64,000 nucleotides of DNA from an uncultured Lentisphaeraceae bacterium (GCA_964386385.1 CAYLRN010000004.1:50054-114053), one strand, 5' to 3'; shown: positions 8,816 through 18,861, counted from the first letter of the stretch. Made by a program: numbers and translations. Notes: generated from the sequence alone by a model not told the origin.

Positions 8816-9619
8816 TCAGTTGGACGTTCCGAACGCCGGCGCCTTGAATGTCAGCGTCGCCGAAACAGCGTTCCCCGCGGCGCGCACGTACCAGCAGGCC
8901 ATGCCGCGAGCGACAGTACACGCCTCGCTCCACGCGCCGCCCGAACGGTAGCGCCATTTCTTCGTGGACGGATTCCACTCGTAGACCTTGTCCAGTTCGC
9001 CGTCCGCCTTGAACGTGCGAATCTCGTCGCCCTTCAGCGCAACCGTCGACCAGTCGACGTCCGAGCCGCCGTTCAGGTCCCAGTCGCCAGTCGCGGGGAA
9101 GGGACGCGAGATCAGCGTCGAAGTCGCGTACTTCGCGCCGTTTTCGTCCTCCGTCGCGCCGGCGATCGTCACGGAGACCCCCGCCGCCGGGACCTGCCCG
9201 TGGACATAGACCGGCCTGTCGGCCGCGTCGGCAGCCCGGTTCAGCCAGACGCCGCGCCCCATGTCGACCGCAGTCGTCTCCGGATCGGGGCGCGTATCGT
9301 CCGCGCCGAGAACGCCCGCCCACGCGCCGTTCACGTACTTGAACGACACGTACTTCTGCGCCTTCGAATCGTAGACCCACACGCGGTCCTCTGCGGTCAG
9401 CGTCGCGGGGCAGACAAGGTCGGCAACGCGAATCGGCGAGTCCGTCTTCCCATACCCGGAATAGACGACGCCGAGCGGAGTCATTCCGGACACGCCCGCC
9501 ATGCGCGTGACGCCAACCACGTTCTCCGAATCCATCTCCACCACGGGAGCGGAGAGGACGGAGAGGCATATTCCGGCGAAGAGCGGGAAAACGCCGCGTG
9601 AAAGATGCAGTCTCTTCAT
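8816..9619 (-). CDS. secreted hypothetical protein
   Basis: ORF 8816..9637. ATG 9619 (MKRLHLSRGVFPLFAGICLSVLSA) has a GGGAG RBS and a signal-like N-terminus. Confidence 0.6.
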   Translation of the reverse strand: MKRLHLSRGVFPLFAGICLSVLSAPVVEMDSENVVGVTRMAGVSGMTPLGVVYSGYGKTDSPIRVADLVCPATLTAEDRVWVYDSKAQKYVSFKYVNGAWAGVLGADDTRPDPETTAVDMGRGVWLNRAADAADRPVYVHGQVPAAGVSVTIAGATEDENGAKYATSTLISRPFPATGDWDLNGGSDVDWSTVALKGDEIRTFKADGELDKVYEWNPSTKKWRYRSGGAWSEACTVARGMACWYVRAAGNAVSATLTFKAPAFGTSN

Positions 9620-9633
9620 TTCGAACAACTCCC

Positions 9634-10452
9634 TCATTTCATCGGATTGCGGATGACCCTGAAGAACCGGCCTGTCGCCTGCCTGTCGCGAGGAATGCGC
9701 AGTTCGATCGTCCCGCCCGCAGCGGACGTTCCGCTCACAGGCGACTGCGCCGCCGCGCCGGAGGACGCAACCGCCGCCTCCGGCGTCTCGCCCGCCGCCG
9801 CGTTGTACACGACATTGTCGGCAGTCGACGAAACGGTCAGCACGACGTAGTCGTCCTCCACGCGGATGCCGGTCACGACCGGGTTCTCAACGACCTCGTC
9901 GTCAAGCGTGCTCAGCAGAAACGGCTTGCCAGCGCTCGTGCCTCCGAACGGATTGCCGTTGGACGCGATGAAGCCAGCCACTTCGGCGAAGCCCTGCACG
10001 GACAGCGAGCCCGCAAGCGTGGCGTTCGTCGTCACGGACGCGACGTTCCCCGCCTCGTCGTACGAGACCGTCGGCGCGGCGAATCTCCGCGTGTCGAGGA
10101 GATAGAGCGCAAAACGCCCGCCCTCCTCGAACGACTTGTGACTGCGCTCGTCGAACGTGAACGCCCTCTCTTCGAGATAGCCGTCCTTCGCCGCCGCCCT
10201 GCACCAGAGGACTTCGCAGCTTTCGGGCGAAACGGGAGTGCCGTCGACGGTGAAGCCGTCGAACGTCCATCCGCGCCTCTGCCACGTGAGCGCGTACCAC
10301 TCGCCGTCCATCACGACAGCGCCGTCCGCGTAATGGTCTTCTGGAACGGTGAAGAACGAGAAGAACATCGCGTCCTCTCCCGCCCCTGCGGCTGAAAGAG
10401 CCGCGATGGCGCAGAGGAGGCCGCCGCACATGATTTTCGATAACATCTTCAT
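9634..10452 (-). CDS. secreted hypothetical protein
   Basis: ORF 9634..10512 trimmed to ATG 10452 (MKMLSKIMCGGLLCAIAALSAAGAG). Confidence 0.6.
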   Translation of the reverse strand: MKMLSKIMCGGLLCAIAALSAAGAGEDAMFFSFFTVPEDHYADGAVVMDGEWYALTWQRRGWTFDGFTVDGTPVSPESCEVLWCRAAAKDGYLEERAFTFDERSHKSFEEGGRFALYLLDTRRFAAPTVSYDEAGNVASVTTNATLAGSLSVQGFAEVAGFIASNGNPFGGTSAGKPFLLSTLDDEVVENPVVTGIRVEDDYVVLTVSSTADNVVYNAAAGETPEAAVASSGAAAQSPVSGTSAAGGTIELRIPRDRQATGRFFRVIRNPMK

Positions 10453-10462
10453 GCCGTCACAC

Positions 10463-11845
10463 TCACTTTCTCTCCAGCACGGCCGCCGGACGGTAGAAGC
10501 GCTGCCGCGCATCGGCCGCCTCGTCCGTGAACTCCGCCTCGTCCTGCGGATCGCCCACCGCCGTGAACGCCGCCGTCTCCGAATCCGCCCTGTACAGACG
10601 GTACTTCAGCGCAAGGTCGCCGAACGTCGTCTGCGGCGGGTTCATCCCGGTCACGCCCACCGACGCCGCGCCGGTCTCCGCGTCGACCTTCACGACCTTC
10701 GCCAGCAGCGCTGCGGACGGATCTGCGGGGTTCCACCCCAGCACGTAGTTCTGCCAGTAGGGATGGCCGTTCTTCGCGGGCGTCTTCAGGTTGTCGGACG
10801 CATCCGCAGTCTCGTCGGGAATGTCCTCGGACACGTTCGCCGCGTACCACTCCGCCGACACCGGCAGAACGGCGTCGTCGCCGAACAGCACTCCGAGCAG
10901 GTCGGAATCGAGATGGAACTTCGCCGTCTCCGTCGCGCCGCCGGACACGTGGGTGAACGTGTACGTGCCGCGCACAAGGCCGTTCGTGTTCCAGTTCCAT
11001 GAGCCGTCCGCCGTCGGAACGGCGTTCTGGTCCTTGCCGTCACGCGAAATCGTCACGGATTCCGTCAGACCCGGCCAGATGACGTTGAACGTAGTAGAGG
11101 CCGCCCCCATCTGCCGGACGCCGTTCGCATCCATCGCGTTGTCGATCGTCGCCGCCCCATCTCCGGGCAGTGCCACTTCCGCAAGCGCGGTCACGAGGTA
11201 CGAGGCCGTATAGGTCTGTCCGTTCCACGCGAGCGTGACGTCGTAGGCGCCGGGCATGAGCGGGTCCGTCGCCCAGTCCAGCGTCTCCGCATCGGACGAA
11301 ATTTCGCCGGCCGAGACGGAACCGTTCACACCGGACACGGTGACGGTGACTTCGCTCTCGACCGTCTCGCCCCACGCAGCCGGCAGCACGAGCGTCTCGC
11401 TCTCGCCGTCGGCGACGTAGGTCTTGCCCGACTCGGAAGTCGTTCCGTTGTCAATCGCAAGCGTCCCCCACTCGGCGACGGCTGCGGCCGCGACGAGGAA
11501 GGTGGCGGTGTACGTCTCGTCTCCCGCCGTAAGCGTGAGCGCGTACGTGCCGGGCAGAAGCGGACCCGTCTCCCAGTCGTAGGATTCGCCGCCCGCCGGA
11601 AGCGCGATGTCGCTCCCAACGCCCGCGACCTTCAGGGTGGGCGCAGCGGCGTTTCCGCCCCAGGCAGCCGGCAGGACGAGCGACTCGGAATCGAGCGCGG
11701 TTTTCGTCGCGGCGTTGTCCAGTACGACGCCGGCGGCGGTCGAAGCCTCGGCCAGCGCGCCCTCCACGCCGTCGGCCAGAAGGCCTCCGGCGAGGAGAAC
11801 GCCCGCGAGCGCGCAGACGCGCCGCAATGCATTCATCGGTTTCAT
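10463..11845 (-). CDS. secreted protein with three ~110-aa Ig-like tandem modules
   Basis: Signal MKPMNALRRVCALAGVLLAGGLLA. Repeated LVLPAAWG...Y(D/N)W(E/A)T.PL.PG.Y..TL....TYTA.(F/Y)LV modules. Confidence 0.65.
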   Translation of the reverse strand: MKPMNALRRVCALAGVLLAGGLLADGVEGALAEASTAAGVVLDNAATKTALDSESLVLPAAWGGNAAAPTLKVAGVGSDIALPAGGESYDWETGPLLPGTYALTLTAGDETYTATFLVAAAAVAEWGTLAIDNGTTSESGKTYVADGESETLVLPAAWGETVESEVTVTVSGVNGSVSAGEISSDAETLDWATDPLMPGAYDVTLAWNGQTYTASYLVTALAEVALPGDGAATIDNAMDANGVRQMGAASTTFNVIWPGLTESVTISRDGKDQNAVPTADGSWNWNTNGLVRGTYTFTHVSGGATETAKFHLDSDLLGVLFGDDAVLPVSAEWYAANVSEDIPDETADASDNLKTPAKNGHPYWQNYVLGWNPADPSAALLAKVVKVDAETGAASVGVTGMNPPQTTFGDLALKYRLYRADSETAAFTAVGDPQDEAEFTDEAADARQRFYRPAAVLERK

Positions 11846-11867
11846 CGGCTGATCTCCGCGTCCCCGA

Positions 11868-14800
11868 TCACTTCGCGTACACCCTGAACGTCACGCCGGA
11901 CTGGCGGGCGGGCACGGCGGCGGTCGAATCCCAGACCACGTGGACAGTCTTCGCGGTCTCCTGCGCGGCCATCGTGAACGAGCCGTCGGACACGTTCACC
12001 TCGCTCTGCGTTCCGTCCTCGTTGACCAGCTTCGCCGTCGTCATCGGAAGGCGCACCGTCTCCGTGCCGCTGGCGTACTCGGCCACGATGAAGAGGCGCA
12101 CGGACTTGTTCGACTTCAACTCGAACGTGACGTCCACGAGGCCGTTCCACGGATAGCGCTGACGCGCCGCGACACTGCCGAGCGTGACAGGGGCGTCAAC
12201 GACCTTGTACACGCCGTCCTGCTCGACGAGCTTCGACCATTCCGCAACCTTCGCCCACGAGGCATCCGCCTCCGCGAACGGGGCGCTGTCGTACTCGCCG
12301 CCCGTAATGGTGAGCGTACCGCCGCCAGTGTTGCGTCCGTAGATCGTCGTGACCATGTCCGTGTCAACCGTCCACTCTTCGTCGCCCACGGCGCTTCTGC
12401 TGCCGTAGGCCATGTTTCCGTCCACGGTTGCGGACACCGTCGTGCCGGGCGCGTTGGCCGTCGCGAAGACAGAGCCGACAATGTCCCTGCGGGGCGCGCC
12501 GTTCTTTATCTCCGTGCAGACGATGACGTTGTTGCGCAGCACCGCGTTCTCGACGGTCATCTTCAGTCCGCCGTCGGAAGCGGCGTACGCGACAAGTCCG
12601 GCCGTAGCGCCTGCGCCGACGATCGTCGAATTCAGCAGCGAGCAGTCCTTCATGACGACCTCGCCCGTGTAGCAGATGGAGATGAACGCGGACGTGAAGC
12701 AGTCGGCCGTCGCGTCCAGCGGACTGCGGACCTTCGCGCCGTCGATGACGACGCCGTCAAGCGTGACGGACTTCAGCCAGAACGCATTGTCGAGAACAAG
12801 AGCCGTCTTCTCTCCCGCGCCGACGACATTCGCGTCCTTGAACGTCAGATTCCTCATCGCGAGAACCGTGCCCTTCGCCTCGTTCTTCGGATTGGTGAAC
12901 AGCATTCCCGGCAGTCCCGTGACCGTCTTGCCGTTGCCGTTTACGACGAGCGTCTTGTCGGCGGTGAGTTCGATTGCCTCCCACGTGTCGCCGTCGGTGA
13001 ACGTGATGTCGTCTACGATCTCCACGGGGATGCCGTCGTTCGCCGCGAGCGCGGCCTTGAGCGCCGCCGCGAGGTCGTTGTACTCCGTCTCGCCGACCTT
13101 CGCGACGACGTGCATCTGCACGCCGTACGTGCCGTCGCCGTTCGCCGTCACTTCGTAGCCCTTCGCGCAGTAGTCCGCATCGACCGCCGCCGTGAACGTG
13201 CCGCCCGTGAGGTTGAACTCGTTCCTGGCCGCCGCCGCGTCGCCGGTCGAGGCGATCGTGAACGTGCCGCGGATTCCCGTGCCGTTCGCGGAGACCGTCG
13301 CCTCGTCGTCGATGATGTCGCGGGTGATGAGGCCCTTCGCGCAGTTCTTCACAGTGACGTCCTCAAGCGTGACGACGCCGGAGTTGTCGCTGTACGAGTT
13401 CTTCGAGACGAGCACCGCCGCCTTCTCCGTAAGGCCGTCGAAGGTCGCGCCCTTGATCGTCACGGCGGGCGTTTCGTCCTTGCCCACCGAATAGAGCTTC
13501 ACGCCGCGCTTGCCGGTGAACGTTCCGCCGTTCACCTCGGCCTCGCCGCCGTGCACCCAGAGGTTGTAGCCGTTGTTGCCGCCGGACGTCTCGTTGCAGA
13601 ACGTGCAGTCGTTGTAGAACGTCTTTCCGTACTGGTTGTTGCCGGTTCCGTTCGGGAACGTGCAGCGCATGTAGGTGACGGAGTTCTCCGCCGCGTTCAC
13701 GTTGCGCAGCCACGTCGTGAAGTTGCTCGCGCCGAAGTTGATGTCCTGCACCCAGCCGGAGAGATTCGGCTTCGTGAGCGTGAGGTCGGTGAACTCGACG
13801 TCCACGTCGTACGACTGCTCCGCAAGAAGCGCAACCCGCTTCGTCAGGCAGATTTCCGCGTTTTCGGACGTTCCGACGAACTTCACCAGCTTCACGCCCG
13901 CGAGGCCAGACTTCAGGATCTGCACCCAGCCCTCGCCGTCGACCATCGCCTTGCCGCCGATCTCGTACGTCACGACGCCGTCGGCGTCCGGCTCCGCCGC
14001 CGCGAACGCCGCTTCAAGCGACGCATATCCGACGCCGTTCGCCTTGATGAAGTATTCGACCTTCCAGCCATCCGCATCGCTGCCCGCGAGAGCACAGCCT
14101 TCCGCGACAGTCGCCCAGGAGGCGTCCTCGGCGAACGGACGGTTGTCGTACGTGCCGCCAGTGACGGTGAGCGTGCCGCCGGAGGCATTGCGTCCGTAGA
14201 TTGTCGTCACTTCCGCGTCCTTCGTCAGCGTCTCCGCGTCATACGCGCTCGCGCTGCCGTAGACGGAGTTGTCCGTCATGGTGGCGGACACCGAAGCTCC
14301 GCCCGCGCCGATCGTTCCCACGACCGCGCCGACGATGTCCGTGCGGGGCTTTCCATCCTCGATCTCCGTGCCGACGATCGTGTTGCCGGTCACCTCGCAG
14401 TTCTCGACGACGAGCGCCACAGCTTCGTCAGGGGTCGCCGTCGTGAACGCCACCAGTCCGCCGACCGATCCGCAGCTGACGAGCGTGGAGTTGCGGATGG
14501 CGCAGTTGCGGAGCGTCACCGTCTTCTTGCCGCCGGCGGACACGCCGTTGCACCATGCGATGAAGCCCGCGACGTAGCTGTCCGTTCCGGCGCGGACGTC
14601 CGCGCCCTCGATGACGACGCCGTCGAGCGTGACGTCAATGCCGTAGGCGGCGGGGAGGACCACTGCCGCACCGGACTTGCCGTCCGACGTATAGGAATCC
14701 TTCGGGTTGACGAACTTCAGGTCCGTGACCGTCAGGCTGCCGTTCCACTTGTTGACCGACAGGTCATGCGAGCCGAGCAGGCTTCCCTGCATATTGGATA

Positions 14801-16118
14801 TCGTCTTGCCGTTGCCGTGGACGACGAGCGTTTCGCCGTTGCTGAACGGTACGGGCGTCCACGTGCCGCCGTCGGCGAACGTGACGTCGTCGACGATCTC
14901 CACGGGGACGCCGTCGTTCGCCGCGAGCGCGGCCTTGAGCGCGTCCGCGAGGTCGTTGTACTCCGCATCGCCGACCTTCGCGACGACATGCTTCTTCACG
15001 CCGTACGTGCCGTCGTCGTTCTTGGACAACAGGTAGCCGTCCGCAAGGCCGTCCACCGAATCCGTGGTGAAACTCGCCGCGGAATCGGCAGGAACGATCG
15101 CGCCTACGTAGGACGCCGAAGACGTGCGCACGACATCGCCGTCGATTACGCCGCCGGCAACCGAGACGGAGACTCCATCACCCGCAACTTCGTCCTGCTC
15201 GTCAGTGACGTAGACCGCCGCGACGCCTTTAAGCGTACCGCCGGAAATCGTGACGTCGATCCTGCGGTTCGTCGTGTGCTGCGAGACTGCAACGGCGGCG
15301 CCTATGACCGAAGGTCCGTTATCAAAGGCCTTCGCCGTGAGTTCAGCCGCAGTCGCGACAATCGTACCACCCTCGACATTGAGCGTGCCTGCACGGACTT
15401 CAACGCCCGTGACGCCGGAGACATAAGATCCCTCCTTGATTGTCAACGTGCCAAGTCCTGGGAAATAGACTCCCTCGGAGTTCTTCGCCACCGTCCTGGA
15501 GCCGTTCTCAAGTGTGACGTTAAATGGGACTTCGGCAGAGCCGACACCGGAAATCGCGCCCGCCGCCTCCACGGGCGAGGCAATCTCAACCGTGCCGAAG
15601 ACATCAAGCGAAATGCCGCCCTTGTTCTTGCCGTTGGCCACGATGCCGTTGCACCTGTCCGTCTTGATGGAGACGTCCGCGCCGACCTTGAGCGAGATGC
15701 CGGACTCGTTTTCCATTGTATCTCCAAGGAATACGACGCACTGCGTCACGCCGACGTTCTCGCCACTGGCGGAAATCGTCCCTTTGCCCGTAAAGGTCAC
15801 GTCGCCCGACAGAATCCAGAGCGGAAAGCCGCATGTCGCGTTGAGGTCATGTCCGTTGAGGTCAAGGGTAAGGTCGTCCGTAATCTTGACGAGCGAACCG
15901 AGCGAAACGCCATCGACCAACGTCACCGTGTCGCCCTTTGCGGTGGCCGCAATCGCCGCCTCAAGCGTCTCGTATTCCGCATCGCCCACCTTTGCGACCG
16001 ACGCGGCCGATGCCGTGCCGGCTGCAAAGAACGCCGCCGCGCCAAGCGCGGCAACCACCCACTTCTGCGCGCGCCGCAGCGCGGCGCACACTTTACTACC
16101 TCGTAATTGCGATTTCAT
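11868..16118 (-). CDS. giant secreted beta-helix-type surface protein with an internally duplicated ~300-aa module
   Basis: ORF 11868..16160 trimmed to ATG 16118 (MKSQLRGSK...AAFFAAGTASA; AAGGA RBS). Gly/Thr/Val-rich repeats. Duplicated HVVAKVG(D/E)(A/T)EYNDLA.ALKAALAANDG.PVEIVDD modules. Confidence 0.75.
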   Translation of the reverse strand: MKSQLRGSKVCAALRRAQKWVVAALGAAAFFAAGTASAASVAKVGDAEYETLEAAIAATAKGDTVTLVDGVSLGSLVKITDDLTLDLNGHDLNATCGFPLWILSGDVTFTGKGTISASGENVGVTQCVVFLGDTMENESGISLKVGADVSIKTDRCNGIVANGKNKGGISLDVFGTVEIASPVEAAGAISGVGSAEVPFNVTLENGSRTVAKNSEGVYFPGLGTLTIKEGSYVSGVTGVEVRAGTLNVEGGTIVATAAELTAKAFDNGPSVIGAAVAVSQHTTNRRIDVTISGGTLKGVAAVYVTDEQDEVAGDGVSVSVAGGVIDGDVVRTSSASYVGAIVPADSAASFTTDSVDGLADGYLLSKNDDGTYGVKKHVVAKVGDAEYNDLADALKAALAANDGVPVEIVDDVTFADGGTWTPVPFSNGETLVVHGNGKTISNMQGSLLGSHDLSVNKWNGSLTVTDLKFVNPKDSYTSDGKSGAAVVLPAAYGIDVTLDGVVIEGADVRAGTDSYVAGFIAWCNGVSAGGKKTVTLRNCAIRNSTLVSCGSVGGLVAFTTATPDEAVALVVENCEVTGNTIVGTEIEDGKPRTDIVGAVVGTIGAGGASVSATMTDNSVYGSASAYDAETLTKDAEVTTIYGRNASGGTLTVTGGTYDNRPFAEDASWATVAEGCALAGSDADGWKVEYFIKANGVGYASLEAAFAAAEPDADGVVTYEIGGKAMVDGEGWVQILKSGLAGVKLVKFVGTSENAEICLTKRVALLAEQSYDVDVEFTDLTLTKPNLSGWVQDINFGASNFTTWLRNVNAAENSVTYMRCTFPNGTGNNQYGKTFYNDCTFCNETSGGNNGYNLWVHGGEAEVNGGTFTGKRGVKLYSVGKDETPAVTIKGATFDGLTEKAAVLVSKNSYSDNSGVVTLEDVTVKNCAKGLITRDIIDDEATVSANGTGIRGTFTIASTGDAAAARNEFNLTGGTFTAAVDADYCAKGYEVTANGDGTYGVQMHVVAKVGETEYNDLAAALKAALAANDGIPVEIVDDITFTDGDTWEAIELTADKTLVVNGNGKTVTGLPGMLFTNPKNEAKGTVLAMRNLTFKDANVVGAGEKTALVLDNAFWLKSVTLDGVVIDGAKVRSPLDATADCFTSAFISICYTGEVVMKDCSLLNSTIVGAGATAGLVAYAASDGGLKMTVENAVLRNNVIVCTEIKNGAPRRDIVGSVFATANAPGTTVSATVDGNMAYGSRSAVGDEEWTVDTDMVTTIYGRNTGGGTLTITGGEYDSAPFAEADASWAKVAEWSKLVEQDGVYKVVDAPVTLGSVAARQRYPWNGLVDVTFELKSNKSVRLFIVAEYASGTETVRLPMTTAKLVNEDGTQSEVNVSDGSFTMAAQETAKTVHVVWDSTAAVPARQSGVTFRVYAK

Positions 16119-16170
16119 ACGTCCAGTTCCTTGTTTTACGAATCTGCCTTCTTTGAGCATTCGGGCGCAA

Positions 16171-16200
16171 ATGATATCGTTTTTTTTTTTTCCTCGTCAA
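16171..16200 (-). promoter_or_regulatory. sigma70-like promoter with an A12 tract in the spacer
   Basis: Minus strand reads TTGACG (16200..16195), then AGG-A12-CGA (18 nt), then TATCAT (16176..16171). About 46 nt upstream of ATG 16118. Confidence 0.55.
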
Positions 16201-16310
16201 CACCTCCGTTGACAAATAATTTGCTTTTTTTTTTCTTCAAATTCATAGCCGAAAACCGATGTTTTCACGCAGGTATGTACAAAAGTTTTTTTTGCGAGTC
16301 CATGCATTTC

Positions 16311-16416
16311 GGGGAGGGGCGCGCTCCTGCGCGACCATGGCAGGAACGGCGGACGCGCGGGAGCGCGTCCCTCCCGTTGAAAGCGAATGCGGCGGGGCGG
16401 GACGCCCCGCCCTACC
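16311..16416. repeat. REP-like hairpin cluster
   Basis: ggggaggggcgcgctcctgcgcgacc, its inverted partner ggacgcgcgggagcgcgtccctccc, and gcggcggggcgggacgccccgccctacc. Confidence 0.7.
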
Positions 16417-16585
16417 AGATGGCGAAGCAGATTTCCCCTCGCATGGGGACGACGCCTCGCCGCGCCATGCGTCTGCGATTCGGCAAAATAAAATGGGCGG
16501 AACGCCGAAACATACCGTTGTTATTTTGCCGATTAAATGGTAGACTTTGCCGGTGCCGTCCATCCATTTTTAAAGGGGAAGCGAC

Positions 16586-17467
16586 ATGCGTCTACTGTCC
16601 GTCAAAGAATGCGCCGAAAAATGGCAGATATCAGAACGAAGCGTCCGAAACTACTGTTCATTGGGGCGCATCGGCGGAGCTGTCCTTGAAAAAGGCGAGT
16701 GGCGCATTCCGGACGAAGCCGAAAAGCCGCCTCGCAAGAACCGTCTTCGGGTCTTGCCCAAAAGCGTCGGCCAAATTCTAAGGCTTGAGATGAAATCGCG
16801 CGTAAGGGGACGTCTCTACCACCAGGTGCAGGTCGACCTCACCTACAACTCCAACCACATTGAGGGGGGACGGCTTACACATGAGCAGACGCGCTGGATA
16901 TTCGAAACGTCGACGATCGGCGCCGTGGCGGACGACCTGCCGGTCAACGACATCGTTGAAACGGCGAACCATTTCCGCTGCATCGACACGATCATTTCCA
17001 CCTTCACCGACCGCCTCACGGAACCATATGTCAAACGCCTCCATCTCCAATTGAAAAACGGCACTTCGGATGGCAGAAAGCCATGGTTTGCGACGGGCGA
17101 CTACAAGCGTCTCGTGAATTCCGTGAACGACGTCGAAACGACACGTCCTGAAGACGTCCACGACGAGATGAAAGCCCTTCTCGCATGGTATGAATCCGCG
17201 CCGCCGTCCTTTGAACGAATCCTCGACTTCCACGTCCGCTTCGAGACAATACATCCGTTCCAGGATGGAAACGGACGCATCGGACGGCTGCTCATGTTCA
17301 AGGAATGCCTCCGCGCCGACATTCTTCCGTTCATCATCGACGACTCGCTCAAGAGGTTCTACTATCGCGGACTCCACGAATGGCCGAAGGTCAGGGAATA
17401 TCTCCTCGACATCTGCAGGACCGGGCAAGACCGCTTCGCTGCGTTGATGCGCCATTACGGTCTTTGA
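16586..17467 (+). CDS. Fic/DOC-family protein with N-terminal HTH
   Basis: Canonical Fic motif HPFQDGNGRIGR. N-terminal MerR/excisionase-like HTH (LSVKECAEKWQISERSVRNYC). Confidence 0.9.
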   Translation: MRLLSVKECAEKWQISERSVRNYCSLGRIGGAVLEKGEWRIPDEAEKPPRKNRLRVLPKSVGQILRLEMKSRVRGRLYHQVQVDLTYNSNHIEGGRLTHEQTRWIFETSTIGAVADDLPVNDIVETANHFRCIDTIISTFTDRLTEPYVKRLHLQLKNGTSDGRKPWFATGDYKRLVNSVNDVETTRPEDVHDEMKALLAWYESAPPSFERILDFHVRFETIHPFQDGNGRIGRLLMFKECLRADILPFIIDDSLKRFYYRGLHEWPKVREYLLDICRTGQDRFAALMRHYGL

Positions 17468-17568
17468 CCCTCACAGAGGCGAAAACGGCAGGAGGCGGTC
17501 TGCGGCGCAAACGTGAAAAGGCGCGAAAGCGACGTCACGAGACGGCGGGCGGGCGGCCCTGCCGGCGT

Positions 17569-18147
17569 TCAGGAGACCGGCAGCCTGACGCCGCCGGGGC
17601 GGAGGACGGAGACGCGGCCGCCGGGATCGACCTTCACGACGGCGGAGGCGACGCCGCCCGGAGAGGGACCGTCGTCCACCACCACGTCCGCCGAGAGGCC
17701 GACGTCCGCAAGCGCCTCGGCCGCGTCAACGGCGGGCCGGCCTCCGCTGAGGTTCGCGCTCGTCACGCGCAGAGTTCCGCCGCAGGCGGCGAGCAGTTTT
17801 CGCGTCCATTCGTGGTCAGGCACGCGGAGGCCCTCGTACGCGCCGCCGGCGGCCGGGAGGACGAGCGTGAGGGCGCCGGGCCAGAACTCGTCCGCAAGGC
17901 GCTGCGCGGCCGACGGCAGGGGACTGCCGAGAAAGGCGGCGGCGGCGGCGGAATCGGAAGCCAGGAGGGCTATCGGCTTCTTCGCCTCCCGTCCCTTGAT
18001 CGTGTAGAGACGGTCGACGGCGGCGGGGAAGGCGGGATGGGCGGCGAGGCCGTAGACGGTGTCCGTCGGTATCACGGCCACGCCGCCCGCATTGAGAAGC
18101 GCCGCAGTCTCGCGGACCGCGGCGTCGCTGCATTCGACGATTCTCAT
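17569..18147 (-). CDS. tsaC: L-threonylcarbamoyladenylate synthase (YrdC/TsaC family)
   Basis: 192 aa. VIPTDTVYGLAAHP, KGREAKKPIALL and RVTSANLSG motifs. Confidence 0.85.
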   Translation of the reverse strand: MRIVECSDAAVRETAALLNAGGVAVIPTDTVYGLAAHPAFPAAVDRLYTIKGREAKKPIALLASDSAAAAAFLGSPLPSAAQRLADEFWPGALTLVLPAAGGAYEGLRVPDHEWTRKLLAACGGTLRVTSANLSGGRPAVDAAEALADVGLSADVVVDDGPSPGGVASAVVKVDPGGRVSVLRPGGVRLPVS

Positions 18148-18165
18148 TCTCGGCGGGACCGGAAG

Positions 18166-18861
18166 CTACCGCTTGTCGAGTTCGTTGATCTTGACGTTGC
18201 GGAAGTACGGCTTCGCGCCGCCGTGCATTCCCTGAAGGCCGATCGCGCCCTTCGTGGGGAGTTCGGCGAGGGGACGGGAGAGCCACGGCGGGATGGGGGT
18301 GCCGTCGGGGTTCTTCTTCGCGCTCGTGAACCTGGCCAGGCTCGTGTCGACGGTTATCTCGTCGTTGACGGCGACCTTGATGCGCTTGCCCTGCGCCCAT
18401 ATCGTCATGCGGTTCCACTCGCCGGCGGGCTTGACGGAGCTCTTCTCCGGGCCGACGTGTCCGTAGACGCTTCCGTTCTTCAGGCGCGGCGCGTCCTTCT
18501 TCCACTTGTCGGCGTTGTCGTCGAGGAGCTGGATCTCGACGGAGTTGGGAATCCAGTTGGCGACGTCGGAGCAGTAGACGATCACGCCGGAGTTCGCGGC
18601 GGGGTCGAGCTTGTATTCGAGGTCGAGAATGAAGTTCTCGTATTCGCCCTTGAACCAGAGGGCGCTGTCCACGGTGGAGAACATTCCGCCGTCGGCGGTG
18701 CGCGACCAGGCGCCGGCCTTAAAGCTGGCCACGTTCTCAAGCGGCGTGCCGACGTCGCCGAGCAGATTGCGCCATCCGTCCGCAGACGTGTCCGGATGAA
18801 CGCCGGCCATGCACGCGCCGGCGGCCATCGCCAACGCCCCAACAAGAATTCTGCATTCCAT
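18166..18861 (-). CDS. DUF1080 (3-keto-disaccharide hydrolase-like) secreted protein
   Basis: Signal peptide. F.L.LEYK...NSGV...EIQLLD...GL.Q.H...FRN(V)KI pattern typical of DUF1080. Confidence 0.8.
   Translation of the reverse strand: MECRILVGALAMAAGACMAGVHPDTSADGWRNLLGDVGTPLENVASFKAGAWSRTADGGMFSTVDSALWFKGEYENFILDLEYKLDPAANSGVIVYCSDVANWIPNSVEIQLLDDNADKWKKDAPRLKNGSVYGHVGPEKSSVKPAGEWNRMTIWAQGKRIKVAVNDEITVDTSLARFTSAKKNPDGTPIPPWLSRPLAELPTKGAIGLQGMHGGAKPYFRNVKINELDKR

Noticed and set aside
11940-16106. 1388-aa ORF on the plus strand
   Set aside because: It is exactly antisense to the 11868..16118 surface-protein gene. Its Arg/Asp/Val/Ala-rich composition is low-complexity, with no signal or domain logic, as expected for a mirror ORF in high-GC DNA.
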